Shown here: piece by piece, positions 1 through 8,953 of the stretch
How the letters are laid out: each line of letters opens with the position of its first letter
Numbering within the stretch: the first letter of the stretch is position 1
Assembly: GCA_964564685.1 (NCBI GenBank)
Contig: CAZMBC010000002.1
Span: 71,170-135,169, forward strand
Reading direction: 5' to 3'
Origin: an uncultured Christensenella sp.
GTDB lineage: Bacteria; Bacillota; Clostridia; Christensenellales; UBA1242
DNA: 64,000 nt
The notes under the pieces: model-generated
Databases searched by the model: none
Told to the model about the DNA's origin: nothing
What the model saw: the letters and a program-made list of their open reading frames with translations, nothing else
Position numbers and translations under genes: made by a program

Positions 1-2
1 CA

Positions 3-179
3 AGAATTGCAAAGAAAAAGAGATTTGAACTTGAGCCTATGACCGAAAGCGATGCCGAAGCTCAAATGGAAGCGCTTGGTCATACATTCTTTGTGTTCCT
101 AAATGCAAAAACAGGTTTAGTTAGCGTGTTATATAAAAGAAACGATGCTAATTTAGGCATGATAGAAATAACTTATTAA
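3..179 (+). CDS. hpf: 3' end of ribosome hibernation promoting factor (long HPF, C-terminal domain), partial
   Basis: Manual translation of frame 3: RIAKKKRFELEPMTESDAEAQMEALGHTFFVFLNAKTGLVSVLYKRNDANLGMIEITY*, typical of the long-HPF C-terminal domain. Confidence 0.85.
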   Translation, partial: RIAKKKRFELEPMTESDAEAQMEALGHTFFVFLNAKTGLVSVLYKRNDANLGMIEITY

Positions 180-187
180 CAATAAAT

Positions 188-222
188 AAACACCTAAAGA
201 AAAATAGTTTAGGTGTTTTTTT
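188..222 (+). terminator. Rho-independent terminator after hpf
   Basis: AAACACCTAAA-N9-TTTAGGTGTTT followed by a T-run. Confidence 0.8.
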
Positions 223-277
223 GTTGTAAAAAAACAAAAAATATTGTATCATAAATACAATAAGGAGATGTGGGCAG

Positions 278-949
278 GTGATTGAAGCTAAAAATTTGTT
301 TTTATCGTACACAAAAGACTACTTTACTTTGTATGATATAAATATTAAAATTAACTCAGGCGAAAAAGTTGTTCTGTGTGGAAAATCTGAAAGCGGTAAA
401 AGTAGTTTGTTAAGGGTAATTACTGGTTTGGAAAAGCCGTTTTCGGGTAGTGTAACAATAAAAGGAATTCCTTCGGATAAAATTGATTATCAAAAAGATA
501 TTTCTCTTGCATACTTGCCAAGTTTTCCGCTTTTTATGGAAAATAAAACTGTAAAACAAAACTTGGAATATACACTTAAAATACGCAAAACTAACAAGCA
601 GATTATTGATGTTAAGATTTCCAATATTATTAGAAGTTTTGATCTTGAAACAATCTTGGATATGAAACTAAAAAATCTTTCATATTTCAATCGTTTAAAA
701 GTTGCGCTTGCAAGATTTGCACTAAGAAACATTGAAGTTTTTATTATTGATGATGTTTTTGTGGAACTAAACGAAACTGAAAGCAAAAAAATCATTGGTT
801 TTATAAATGATTTAGTAACTGTTAATAGCGCAACCTTGTTTATTGCAACAAGCAATGATAAATATAACAAATTGCTTGGCGAACGCGTAATTAACATCGA
901 AAACGGCAGTATTGTTAACTATAATTTAGGAGAAAATAATGAAAAGTAG
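278..949 (+). CDS. ABC-type ATP-binding protein, FtsE-like, with degenerate catalytic motifs
   Basis: Walker A-like GKSESGKS; signature LSYFN; Walker B IIDD; H-loop ATSND; C-terminal ERVINIENGSIV resembles FtsE. Confidence 0.7.
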   Translation: MIEAKNLFLSYTKDYFTLYDINIKINSGEKVVLCGKSESGKSSLLRVITGLEKPFSGSVTIKGIPSDKIDYQKDISLAYLPSFPLFMENKTVKQNLEYTLKIRKTNKQIIDVKISNIIRSFDLETILDMKLKNLSYFNRLKVALARFALRNIEVFIIDDVFVELNETESKKIIGFINDLVTVNSATLFIATSNDKYNKLLGERVINIENGSIVNYNLGENNEK

Positions 950-1292
950 TGCAGAAGAAATTAAATTAATGTGTTTGGATTTGTTTACGAGTAAAACAAT
1001 TTTTAACAACTGCAGTGTAGATTTTATTAACAGATACAAACAATTATATTGCAATCAAGTGGTTTTATCTGTACTTAATGACCATGAACTTGTTCAAACA
1101 GCTCAATTGTTTTTAGATAACAACCTTAATATTTCTATTGCAAGCAAACAAGGTTACATGCATCGCAATACGTTAATATATCGTTTGGATAAAATTAAAA
1201 AGATAATCGGGTTGGATATTAGAAATTTTAACGAGGCTGTAGTTTTTGAAAATCTTGTGTTGTTTTACGATATGTTTGCAAAACATAATTAA
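939..1292 (+). CDS. PucR/CdaR-family C-terminal HTH-only protein
   Basis: TAQLFLDNNLNISIASKQGYMHRNTLIYRLDKIKKIIGLD matches the PucR C-terminal HTH; only 117 aa. Confidence 0.8.
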   Translation: MKSSAEEIKLMCLDLFTSKTIFNNCSVDFINRYKQLYCNQVVLSVLNDHELVQTAQLFLDNNLNISIASKQGYMHRNTLIYRLDKIKKIIGLDIRNFNEAVVFENLVLFYDMFAKHN

Positions 1293-1299
1293 AAATATA

Positions 1300-1328
1300 A
1301 ATCACCTTTAAAATTAGGTGATTTTTTT
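1300..1328. terminator. Probable bidirectional terminator between convergent genes
   Basis: AATCACCT-N8-AGGTGATT, with a T-run downstream and an A-rich tract upstream. Confidence 0.7.
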
Positions 1329-1737
1329 ATTCTACTTTTTTAAAACTATCAATAGCTGGCATGTTTGAATTTATACTCATGCTTTTTATATCACTTTCTT
1401 TAACTGTTTTAGTATTTGCAATAACGCTAAATATATCTGCAAGGTCAGAGTTTTCTTTTCCCATTAATCCCATTAGCATACTTATTAAATCACCTTGAGA
1501 AATGGGGGTGTTGCTGTTCATTTTTTTTATTAATGGCAATATTTTATGTATATCTATAGTGTTTGCAGAGTGCTCACATTTGTCATTGCCGTCACTTTGA
1601 ATATTAACATTTTTGCTACTTTCTTTTTTTTCAGCAGTGCGTTCTTGCCACTGCTTTTTCATTTGCTCTTGCCCAAGTTTTGTATATTGTGTGGGAAATT
1701 GTCCATAAGGATATTCGTTTGAAAGTGTGTTTTGCAT
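1327..1737 (-). CDS. Hypothetical protein, possibly sporulation-associated
   Basis: 136-aa ORF divergent from the S8 protease operon; no recognised motif. Confidence 0.6.
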   Translation of the reverse strand: MQNTLSNEYPYGQFPTQYTKLGQEQMKKQWQERTAEKKESSKNVNIQSDGNDKCEHSANTIDIHKILPLIKKMNSNTPISQGDLISMLMGLMGKENSDLADIFSVIANTKTVKESDIKSMSINSNMPAIDSFKKVE

Positions 1738-1768
1738 TGGTATCTAACCCCCAAAAAACTAAAATCTA

Positions 1769-1797
1769 AACATTATTATATATGATTTCATATAATA
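1769..1797 (+). promoter_or_regulatory. Sigma-K-type promoter candidate
   Basis: AACA-N16-CATATAATA matches the sigma-K consensus mACm-N16-CATA---TA; followed by RBS AGGAG. Confidence 0.5.
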
Positions 1798-1824
1798 AAT
1801 TAGTTAATGATAGGAGTAAAAACA

Positions 1825-2121
1825 ATGAATAAGTTTAGTGAACATATAAAAAAATCCGTACAAGAAAATAAGCAAGAAGTACATAATGATTATGTTGATT
1901 TGGATAATGTTAACATAGATGAATATGAAAGCTTAATAGATAAATATAGTACATATTCTAAAGAGGAATTAATGAAAGAATTTTTAATGGAAAGTCGCAG
2001 ATTAAAAGAGCGTGGCGGTTTGGAAGATGAACAAATTAGTAATATAGAAAAAGTATTAAAACCACATTTAAATACAGAACAACAAAATATGTTTGATAGC
2101 TTGATATCGGAAATAAAATAA
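1825..2121 (+). CDS. Hypothetical acidic helical protein
   Basis: RBS TAGGAG precedes the ATG at 1825; stop overlaps the next start (TAATG). Confidence 0.65.
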   Translation: MNKFSEHIKKSVQENKQEVHNDYVDLDNVNIDEYESLIDKYSTYSKEELMKEFLMESRRLKERGGLEDEQISNIEKVLKPHLNTEQQNMFDSLISEIK

Positions 2122-3305
2122 TGAAAGGGAAAATTGATTTAAACTTATTAAAAGGCGTATCCACGCTAAATATAAGAGATAAAATTGAGTGTATTGTTTA
2201 TGCTCAAAACTATTTTCTTGCAAAAAATTATTTAGAAAACAACTTTAAAAATCAGTACTCTGAGTTTCCTTTTATAAAGGCTTTTAAAATTAATTTAAAT
2301 ACTACAAATTTGTTTAAAATAGCAAAATTAAATATAGTAAAATATATTTCTAGCAGTGCGTTAGTTACTGCAATGATGCAAACAAGTAAGCAAATTATGA
2401 GGATAGAAAATATTAAACAAAAGCCCTCTAATTTTTCTATTGCAATAATTGATACAGGGATATATCCACATATTGATTTTTTAGTTCCTAGCAATAAAAT
2501 TGTATTGTTTAAAGACTTTATTAATAAAAAAACAACAATTTATGATGACAATGGTCATGGGACATTTGTTGCGGGCGTAGTGTGCGGTAGTGGTGTAATC
2601 TGTGGCAAAAAGTACCAAGGTGTTGACAAAAAAAGCAATTTAATAATTTTGAAAGCACTTGATAAAAATGGCGAAACTAGTGCAAGTACAATATTAAATG
2701 CAATGCAATGGGTTTACGATAATAAGGAAAAATACAATATTAAAATTGTTAATATGAGCTTTGGTAGTTTGCCATTAGGAGCAAATGACCCGTTAATTGT
2801 TGGGGCTGAAGTACTGTGGAATAATGGTATAGTTGTTGTGGGTGCATGTGGCAATAGTGGACCTGAAGAAGAAAGTGTAAAATCACCTGGTGCTAGTACA
2901 AAAATAATTACAGTTGGTGCTTTAAATGATAATAGATTTAAAGAAATTAGTGATGACGGAAAAGAGGTTTATAAATTTGATATAAGCAAATTTGAGGTAG
3001 CAAATTTTTCTAGCAGAGGGCCAATCTATAACAATTACAAACCAGACCTTTTAGCTCCGGGTGTAGAGATAACTGGGCCTTGTAATTTTGGACTTAATAA
3101 AGAATTTTATGGCAAAATGTCGGGTACAAGTGTTGCAACACCCATGATAACTGGAGTGTGTAGTTTAATACTAAAAGAGCATCCAAGATTATCTCCTAAT
3201 GGTGTAAAAAAATTACTTATAGATAACTGTACTCCAATAACGGGTGATAGAAATAGTGAAGGGTTTGGATGGTTTAATGGAAGTTTGTTTTTAAATAAAA
3301 AATAA
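2121..3305 (+). CDS. Subtilisin-family (S8) serine protease, AprX-like, no obvious signal peptide
   Basis: Catalytic triad motifs IAIIDTG, DNGHGTFVAG, SGTSVATP; oxyanion CGNSG. Confidence 0.92.
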   Translation: MKGKIDLNLLKGVSTLNIRDKIECIVYAQNYFLAKNYLENNFKNQYSEFPFIKAFKINLNTTNLFKIAKLNIVKYISSSALVTAMMQTSKQIMRIENIKQKPSNFSIAIIDTGIYPHIDFLVPSNKIVLFKDFINKKTTIYDDNGHGTFVAGVVCGSGVICGKKYQGVDKKSNLIILKALDKNGETSASTILNAMQWVYDNKEKYNIKIVNMSFGSLPLGANDPLIVGAEVLWNNGIVVVGACGNSGPEEESVKSPGASTKIITVGALNDNRFKEISDDGKEVYKFDISKFEVANFSSRGPIYNNYKPDLLAPGVEITGPCNFGLNKEFYGKMSGTSVATPMITGVCSLILKEHPRLSPNGVKKLLIDNCTPITGDRNSEGFGWFNGSLFLNKK

Positions 3306-3328
3306 GTGAACTTTGTCACTTATTTTTT

Positions 3329-4450
3329 TTAAAGTTTAGTTATTTCGTTAATTGCCTTAATACATTTTTTAATTTCCCATTTTTTGTTAAAAGGTGAAAT
3401 TGAAATTCTGACCATCCCGCGTGAAAGTGTGTTGTAGTATTCATGAAGTTTTGGAGCGCAATGCAAACCACTTCGAGTGCAAATATTATATCGTTCGCTT
3501 AATAAGTCGCTAACCTCGGAACTTGTTTTGCCTTTTATGTTAAAGGATACAATGCCACTATTGGCGTTAAAAGAATACAAATTTATATTTTTATTATTTT
3601 TTAATTCAAAAAGCAATTGTCTTGTAAGTTTGAAAACTTTGTTGTTCAGTTTGTTAAAATGTTTGTTTACATATTCAAGCCCTTTGCCCAACCCTAATAT
3701 GCACGGCATGCTAGGTGTTCCACTCTCAAGTCCCTCGGGGCTTTCAGTTGGTTGCTCAAGTTTTTCGCTGTAAGTCCCTGTGCCACCAAACACTATTGGT
3801 TTTGGAGTAACCCTGTTTGATATTAAAACCCCCACACCTTGTGGAGCGTAATATCCTTTGTGGCCGGCAAGCGCAAGCAAGTTTATGTTACAATCCTGCA
3901 TATTGATTTTAATATGCCCGCCACTTTGGGCGCAATCAACCAAGTAAAGCAGGTTGTGCTTTTTACATACTGAACCAATTTTATCAATAGGATTTGTTGC
4001 GCCAGTAACATTGCTTGTGTGAATGCAACAAACCATATATGTGTTTTTGGTTATTGCTTTTTCAATGTCTTCTGGTCTTATGGTATTCATAACAGGCTTA
4101 ACTAATGTGTAGGAAATGTTGTATTCCTGCTTTAAATATTCCAGGGTACGTAAAACAGAATTATGCTCCAAAATGGTTGCAACAATGTGGCCGTTTGGTT
4201 TTGCACATCCTCGTAAGGCTAAATTAAGAGCCATTGTACAACTTCCTGTAAAAACAACATTTTCAGGTTGTGTATTATACTCTTGCGCAAAAGCGGTTCT
4301 TATTTTTAATATTTCAATACTTCCTTTAATTGCAAGATTATAGCCAGCTCGGCTAGAATTTACTGAAAGTGAAGTTAAGCCTTTTTTGCATGCTTTTATT
4401 ACGCAACGTGGTTTGCGATGTGTAGTGGAGGAGTTATCAAGATAAATCAT
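3329..4450 (-). CDS. Cysteine desulfurase family (class V PLP aminotransferase)
   Basis: MIYLDNSSTT, EHNS, DCAQS, LAGHKG (PLP lysine), RSGLHCAP (catalytic Cys). Confidence 0.9.
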   Translation of the reverse strand: MIYLDNSSTTHRKPRCVIKACKKGLTSLSVNSSRAGYNLAIKGSIEILKIRTAFAQEYNTQPENVVFTGSCTMALNLALRGCAKPNGHIVATILEHNSVLRTLEYLKQEYNISYTLVKPVMNTIRPEDIEKAITKNTYMVCCIHTSNVTGATNPIDKIGSVCKKHNLLYLVDCAQSGGHIKINMQDCNINLLALAGHKGYYAPQGVGVLISNRVTPKPIVFGGTGTYSEKLEQPTESPEGLESGTPSMPCILGLGKGLEYVNKHFNKLNNKVFKLTRQLLFELKNNKNINLYSFNANSGIVSFNIKGKTSSEVSDLLSERYNICTRSGLHCAPKLHEYYNTLSRGMVRISISPFNKKWEIKKCIKAINEITKL

Positions 4451-4515
4451 ATAAAAATTCCTTATTTAACAAATTATTTTTTGGCATAATATTATGAAGT
4501 AGTGAGGTTAGAAAA

Positions 4516-4776
4516 ATGAATAAAAAGGTATTTGCATTATTTCAAAATAGAACACAGGCTTTAACATTTTCTCGAAACCTAAATCGTTTAGGCATAAAAA
4601 CCAGAATAGTTAACAGCCCGCGTGAACTATCCACATCCTGTGGACTTTCGGTGCAATTTGATTACAAGAACCTGCAAAAAGCGCGCCAAAGTTTAAATAT
4701 GTTTCCTGCACAGTCCCTTGTAGGTTTTTATATAACCTCGGGCACAGGTGGTATTAATAGATATATCAAGGTGTAA
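4516..4776 (+). CDS. DUF3343-like small protein
   Basis: PRELSTSCGLSV motif; family commonly neighbours this desulfurase group. Confidence 0.7.
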   Translation: MNKKVFALFQNRTQALTFSRNLNRLGIKTRIVNSPRELSTSCGLSVQFDYKNLQKARQSLNMFPAQSLVGFYITSGTGGINRYIKV

Positions 4777-4837
4777 AATTACAAAAATATATGAAAATTA
4801 TATTCTAAAATGTTAATTTATTGCATGCGATAATAGT

Positions 4838-4865
4838 TTGCTTTAGGGGTATAATGTGTTATAAT
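4838..4865 (+). promoter_or_regulatory. Sigma-A promoter for nth-obgE-yhbY
   Basis: TTGCTT-N16-TATAAT with extended TG. Confidence 0.55.
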
Positions 4866-4878
4866 ATACTCAATTACT

Positions 4879-5505
4879 ATGGATAAAAATAAAATACTAC
4901 AAAAACTTTCCGAGGTTATAGCTTCGCCAGTTTGTGAACTTAATTTTAATAATAACTACGAGTTGCTTATTGCCGTAATTTTAAGTGCGCAATGTACTGA
5001 TAAACGGGTTAATATGATAACTCCGCAACTTTTTAAAAAATATCCTACGCCTCAATCACTGGCTAATGCAAATTTGGAAGAAGTTAAACAAATAATAAAA
5101 CCCTGTGGATTTTATAACAATAAAAGCGTTAGTATAATTTCTGCATGCAAGGACTTGGTGGACAAGTTTGATGGCGTTGTTCCTAGTGAATATGACGACC
5201 TGCTATCATTAAGGGGTGTTGGCAGAAAAACAGCTAATGTTGTGCGAGCGGTTGGGTTTAAAATTCCGTCCATAGCGGTAGATACGCATGTGTTTAGAGT
5301 TAGCAACAGGCTGGGGATTGCAAAAGCAAAAACACCAAACGAGTGTGAGCAAAAATTAATGAAAGCATTTGACCCTAAATTATGGATTGATTTGCATCAT
5401 ACGGTTTTGCTGTTCGGAAGATATTTTTGCACTGCACGAAATCCTAAGTGCAGTTCGTGTGTGGTTAAGGAAGATTGTGAATATTACAACAAAAGGAGAA
5501 AATGA
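4879..5505 (+). CDS. nth: Endonuclease III
   Basis: LLIAVILSAQCTD, HhH motif LRGVGRKTA, AVDTHV, 4Fe-4S motif C-X6-C-X2-C-X5-C. Confidence 0.96.
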   Translation: MDKNKILQKLSEVIASPVCELNFNNNYELLIAVILSAQCTDKRVNMITPQLFKKYPTPQSLANANLEEVKQIIKPCGFYNNKSVSIISACKDLVDKFDGVVPSEYDDLLSLRGVGRKTANVVRAVGFKIPSIAVDTHVFRVSNRLGIAKAKTPNECEQKLMKAFDPKLWIDLHHTVLLFGRYFCTARNPKCSSCVVKEDCEYYNKRRK

Positions 5506-6770
5506 TGTTTTTAGATAAGGTTACTATTTTTTGTAAAGCGGGAGATGGTGGAAACGGAAAAGTTTCGTTCAGACGCGAGAAATATGTTCCAAATGGTGGG
5601 CCCGATGGCGGTGACGGCGGTAAAGGTGGCGACATTGTGTTTAAAGTTACAAACAAAGTGTCGAACCTAGGTGAATTCCGTTTTAAAAAGCATTTTAGAG
5701 CAGAGAATGGCGAGGATGGAGGAAGCAATAATCGTTTTGGCAAATACGGACAAGACCTTGTTATATACGTTCCACAAGGCACAGTTATAAAAAATGCCAC
5801 AAACGATAAATTGCTTGCGGACTTGTTGGAACTTAATGACGAGTGCGTGCTATTAAAAGGCGGCATTGGTGGCAGAGGGAATGCAAAATTTGCAACCCCA
5901 ACTAGACAGGCACCAAAGTATAGCGAATTGGGCGTTAAAACACAGGAGTTTGAAATTAAATTGGAACTTAAAACAATTGCAGACGTGGGTGTAGTTGGAT
6001 TTCCAAATGTAGGAAAAAGCACACTTTTGGCAAGTGTTTCGAATGCAAAACCCAAAATTGCAAACTATCACTTTACAACACTTGCGCCTAACATTGGTGT
6101 GGTAAAGGTGTTTGATAAATCCTTTGTTATGGCAGATATTCCAGGTTTGATTTCGGGCGCAAGTGAAGGCGTGGGATTAGGACTTGATTTCTTGCGTCAT
6201 ATTGAGCGTACAAGATTGCTTATTCATGTAGTGGATATTTCTGCAAGTGAGGGAAGAAATCCTTATGAGGATTATTTGGCAATTAATAGAGAACTTAAAA
6301 ATTATAGCGATAAAGTTGGCGATATTCCACAAATTGTTGCGCTTAACAAAATAGACTTGGTTACTGACCAATCCTTGGTAGAGGATTTTATTAAAAAACT
6401 ACCAAAAGGTATACAATGTTACAAGATTAGTGCTGGTGCATATATTGGTTTAAATGAACTATTGGAGGGCATTGTTAAAAAGTTGGAGAGCTTACCTAAA
6501 GTAGAACGTATGGAAGTTGAGGAGTACAACATTGATAAGGTTAAAGAACGCACGTTCCAAGTAATTAAATTGGATGGCTCTACCTACGAGGTTAAGGGAA
6601 ACATTATAGACGAAATTTTGCGTAGGGTCGTTTTAGATGATTATACCTCTAATGCGTATTTCCAAAAACAACTTAAAGAAGAGGGTATAATTGAGGCCTT
6701 AAAACAAAAAGGTTTAAAAGATGGCGACACGGTTAGAATTGACGGCTATGAATTTACTTACGAAGATTAA
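5502..6770 (+). CDS. obgE: GTPase ObgE/CgtA
   Basis: Gly-rich Obg fold (GDGGNG, GGPDGGDGG), GFPNVGKST, DIPG, NKID, C-terminal OCT domain. Confidence 0.97.
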   Translation: MMFLDKVTIFCKAGDGGNGKVSFRREKYVPNGGPDGGDGGKGGDIVFKVTNKVSNLGEFRFKKHFRAENGEDGGSNNRFGKYGQDLVIYVPQGTVIKNATNDKLLADLLELNDECVLLKGGIGGRGNAKFATPTRQAPKYSELGVKTQEFEIKLELKTIADVGVVGFPNVGKSTLLASVSNAKPKIANYHFTTLAPNIGVVKVFDKSFVMADIPGLISGASEGVGLGLDFLRHIERTRLLIHVVDISASEGRNPYEDYLAINRELKNYSDKVGDIPQIVALNKIDLVTDQSLVEDFIKKLPKGIQCYKISAGAYIGLNELLEGIVKKLESLPKVERMEVEEYNIDKVKERTFQVIKLDGSTYEVKGNIIDEILRRVVLDDYTSNAYFQKQLKEEGIIEALKQKGLKDGDTVRIDGYEFTYED

Positions 6771-6782
6771 AAAGGAGAAATT

Positions 6783-7103
6783 ATGTTAACAAAAAGTCAA
6801 AGACTTGCTTTGCGTTCGTTGGGGCAAAAACTACCCGACTTGGTGCATATTGGGAAAAGCGGGCTTACTGAAAGCGTGCTTGCGCAAATAAATGACAATC
6901 TTAACGCGTACGAACTTGTTAAGATTAAAGTACAAACAAACTCACCCGAAGATATTATGGAACTTGGCGAAAAAATTGAAGATGCTTGTGGTTGTGAAAT
7001 TGTAACTATTATTGGCAGTAAAATACTGCTTTATAGGGTTAGTGACCACAAAGTAAACAAAAATATTGCGTTGGTGCGAGAAGCCCTTTCTAAAAGCAAA
7101 TAA
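6783..7103 (+). CDS. yhbY: CRM-domain RNA-binding protein YhbY
   Basis: MLTKSQRLALR, HIGKSG, ELVKIKV, IGSKILLYR. Confidence 0.9.
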   Translation: MLTKSQRLALRSLGQKLPDLVHIGKSGLTESVLAQINDNLNAYELVKIKVQTNSPEDIMELGEKIEDACGCEIVTIIGSKILLYRVSDHKVNKNIALVREALSKSK

Positions 7104-7104
7104 C

Positions 7105-7133
7105 AAAAAAGCTCGATATTTTCGAGCTTTTTT
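7105..7133. terminator. Bidirectional terminator
   Basis: AAAAAAGCTCGA-loop-TCGAGCTTTTTT. Confidence 0.85.
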
Positions 7134-7149
7134 GTGAAATGTCATTTTT

Positions 7150-7962
7150 TTAGAAAATGTCCTTTTTTTCTATTGATTTGCTTCCACTACTAAACATGCA
7201 GTATAACGCAAATGCAAACAATATGCTTGCCATAATAACATAGTATAGGTTATAACGAGTAAAAAGTGACGCAAACAGCAAGGTTATGCCACTAAAAAAG
7301 TAGCCTTTTGTTTTTGCTTTGCTAAAGGCGATTTTTTTAATTTCGCTATATTTTAATTTTTCCACATTTTTAAGTTCAATTGAAAAGTTTGGATAAGTAT
7401 TATGTGGTTGTAAAAGCAATTTAAATGTTTGTGCCTCGTCAAAAATCGTAAACTGGACATCTCTTACACTCTGTGCAATTTGCGTACACTCATCGCAAGC
7501 TTGTTTGCATGTTATAATAACCTTACTAAGTTGTAATTGTTTGGCTAAAATATAGGCTTTTATAATGTCCTTTGTTTCTAGAGTGGTTGATGCGTATATT
7601 GGTAAAAATAGTGTGCGATTGTTTGCGTTTGTAACCACAATATTGTCTTTTATTATTTCCACAGCATAATCTTTGTTAAGCAAATTAACAAAAAAGTTTT
7701 GCGTGCTTAATTCGTCCCCAAATAAAAATTGATATGAACATTCTTCCATTAGTTTTTTCTCTGCAGATTTTAATTTAAGGGAACTTTGTTTTTTGTTAGA
7801 GAAATATGCAATTATAAGCCCAAAGAATAAACTAATTAACACCGCTAAAAGTACTGCCACCCATAAGGGAGAAAAATAAAAGTTTGTCCAAACAAATGCG
7901 ATGGCAAAAAGTGTTATATATTTAAAAACAATATTCAAAAATTTACTTAAACTGGTTTGCAT
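7150..7962 (-). CDS. Membrane protein with N- and C-terminal TM pairs around a soluble domain
   Basis: Hydrophobic stretches at both ends of a 270-aa ORF. Confidence 0.7.
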   Translation of the reverse strand: MQTSLSKFLNIVFKYITLFAIAFVWTNFYFSPLWVAVLLAVLISLFFGLIIAYFSNKKQSSLKLKSAEKKLMEECSYQFLFGDELSTQNFFVNLLNKDYAVEIIKDNIVVTNANNRTLFLPIYASTTLETKDIIKAYILAKQLQLSKVIITCKQACDECTQIAQSVRDVQFTIFDEAQTFKLLLQPHNTYPNFSIELKNVEKLKYSEIKKIAFSKAKTKGYFFSGITLLFASLFTRYNLYYVIMASILFAFALYCMFSSGSKSIEKKDIF

Positions 7963-8065
7963 ATTTAATTATTGATAAATATTTAATGTAATATAACACT
8001 TCTTTGGTTTGAAAAATTGTTTTATTTTGTTATAATATGAAAAGTTTTTGGAGTTAAAGGTATTA

Positions 8066-8953
8066 ATGGAACTTAAGATTGTAGATTTTTTTATGAGTTT
8101 GTCTAATCCAATTTTAGATGTGCTTTTTACTTTTACAAATTTTTTAGGTGAAGAAGGCTTTTTCTTTTTTGCCTTTATTGTTATATACTGGATGTCTAGC
8201 AAGGAACGCGCATTTAGATTTGGTAGCATATATTTGGTTTCTGTGGGTGTTAATACGGGGCTAAAACATATATTTGCGCGTCCGAGACCACATAATTTAC
8301 AAGGGCATGGATATTCATTTCCAAGTGGACACTCGCAGGGCTATAGCGTAAATGCCACACAAATTTATTTAGAATGTAAACGCAATAACTTTCCCAAATC
8401 CAAAAAATGGCGTGTGGAAATTTTGATGGAGCTTATCATTACTGGTATTTTGGTGGGAATTGGCAGAATGTATTTTGGCAGACACTTCCTTTCAGATGTG
8501 ATAGCAGGCTTAACTTTTGGTATTATCGTTGCGCTTTTAATGGAGATTATTTATAATTTTGTTTCTTTAAAATGGAAGATAAATGCTACCAAACTGATTT
8601 TTTCGATTTTGCCAATAACTATTGTGGCTTATTTCTGCATAACATTTACGGGGTTAATAAGTAGTCGCTCTATTTATATGCTTTATTCCGTAACTGGGTT
8701 TGTGTTTGGTGTTACTTTGGGTTATTTTGCAGATAAATTTCTATTCCAAACCAAAATAGAAGGGAATTTTTTAAACCGCTTAAAAAAAGTTCTGTTAGGA
8801 ACAATGATGATGGGCTTTTTGTATTTTTTAATTAAATCGGAAATAACTAATATTTATTGGGTGCCTTTTGCCTATATGATATGGGGACTTTTTGGTGTTG
8901 GAATAATGCCATTTGTTTTAAATAAAACATTTGTTGTAAAAGGGGAAGTTTAG
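8066..8953 (+). CDS. PAP2-family membrane phosphatase
   Basis: KHIFARPRP, SFPSGH, GRMYFGRHFLSDV; ATG at 8066 preferred over TTG at 8048. Confidence 0.88.
   Translation: MELKIVDFFMSLSNPILDVLFTFTNFLGEEGFFFFAFIVIYWMSSKERAFRFGSIYLVSVGVNTGLKHIFARPRPHNLQGHGYSFPSGHSQGYSVNATQIYLECKRNNFPKSKKWRVEILMELIITGILVGIGRMYFGRHFLSDVIAGLTFGIIVALLMEIIYNFVSLKWKINATKLIFSILPITIVAYFCITFTGLISSRSIYMLYSVTGFVFGVTLGYFADKFLFQTKIEGNFLNRLKKVLLGTMMMGFLYFLIKSEITNIYWVPFAYMIWGLFGVGIMPFVLNKTFVVKGEV

Noticed and set aside
5659-5665. Spo0A box TGTCGAA
   Set aside because: Lies inside the obgE coding sequence; a 7-mer is expected by chance. The similar match at 58987-58993 is part of a terminator stem.
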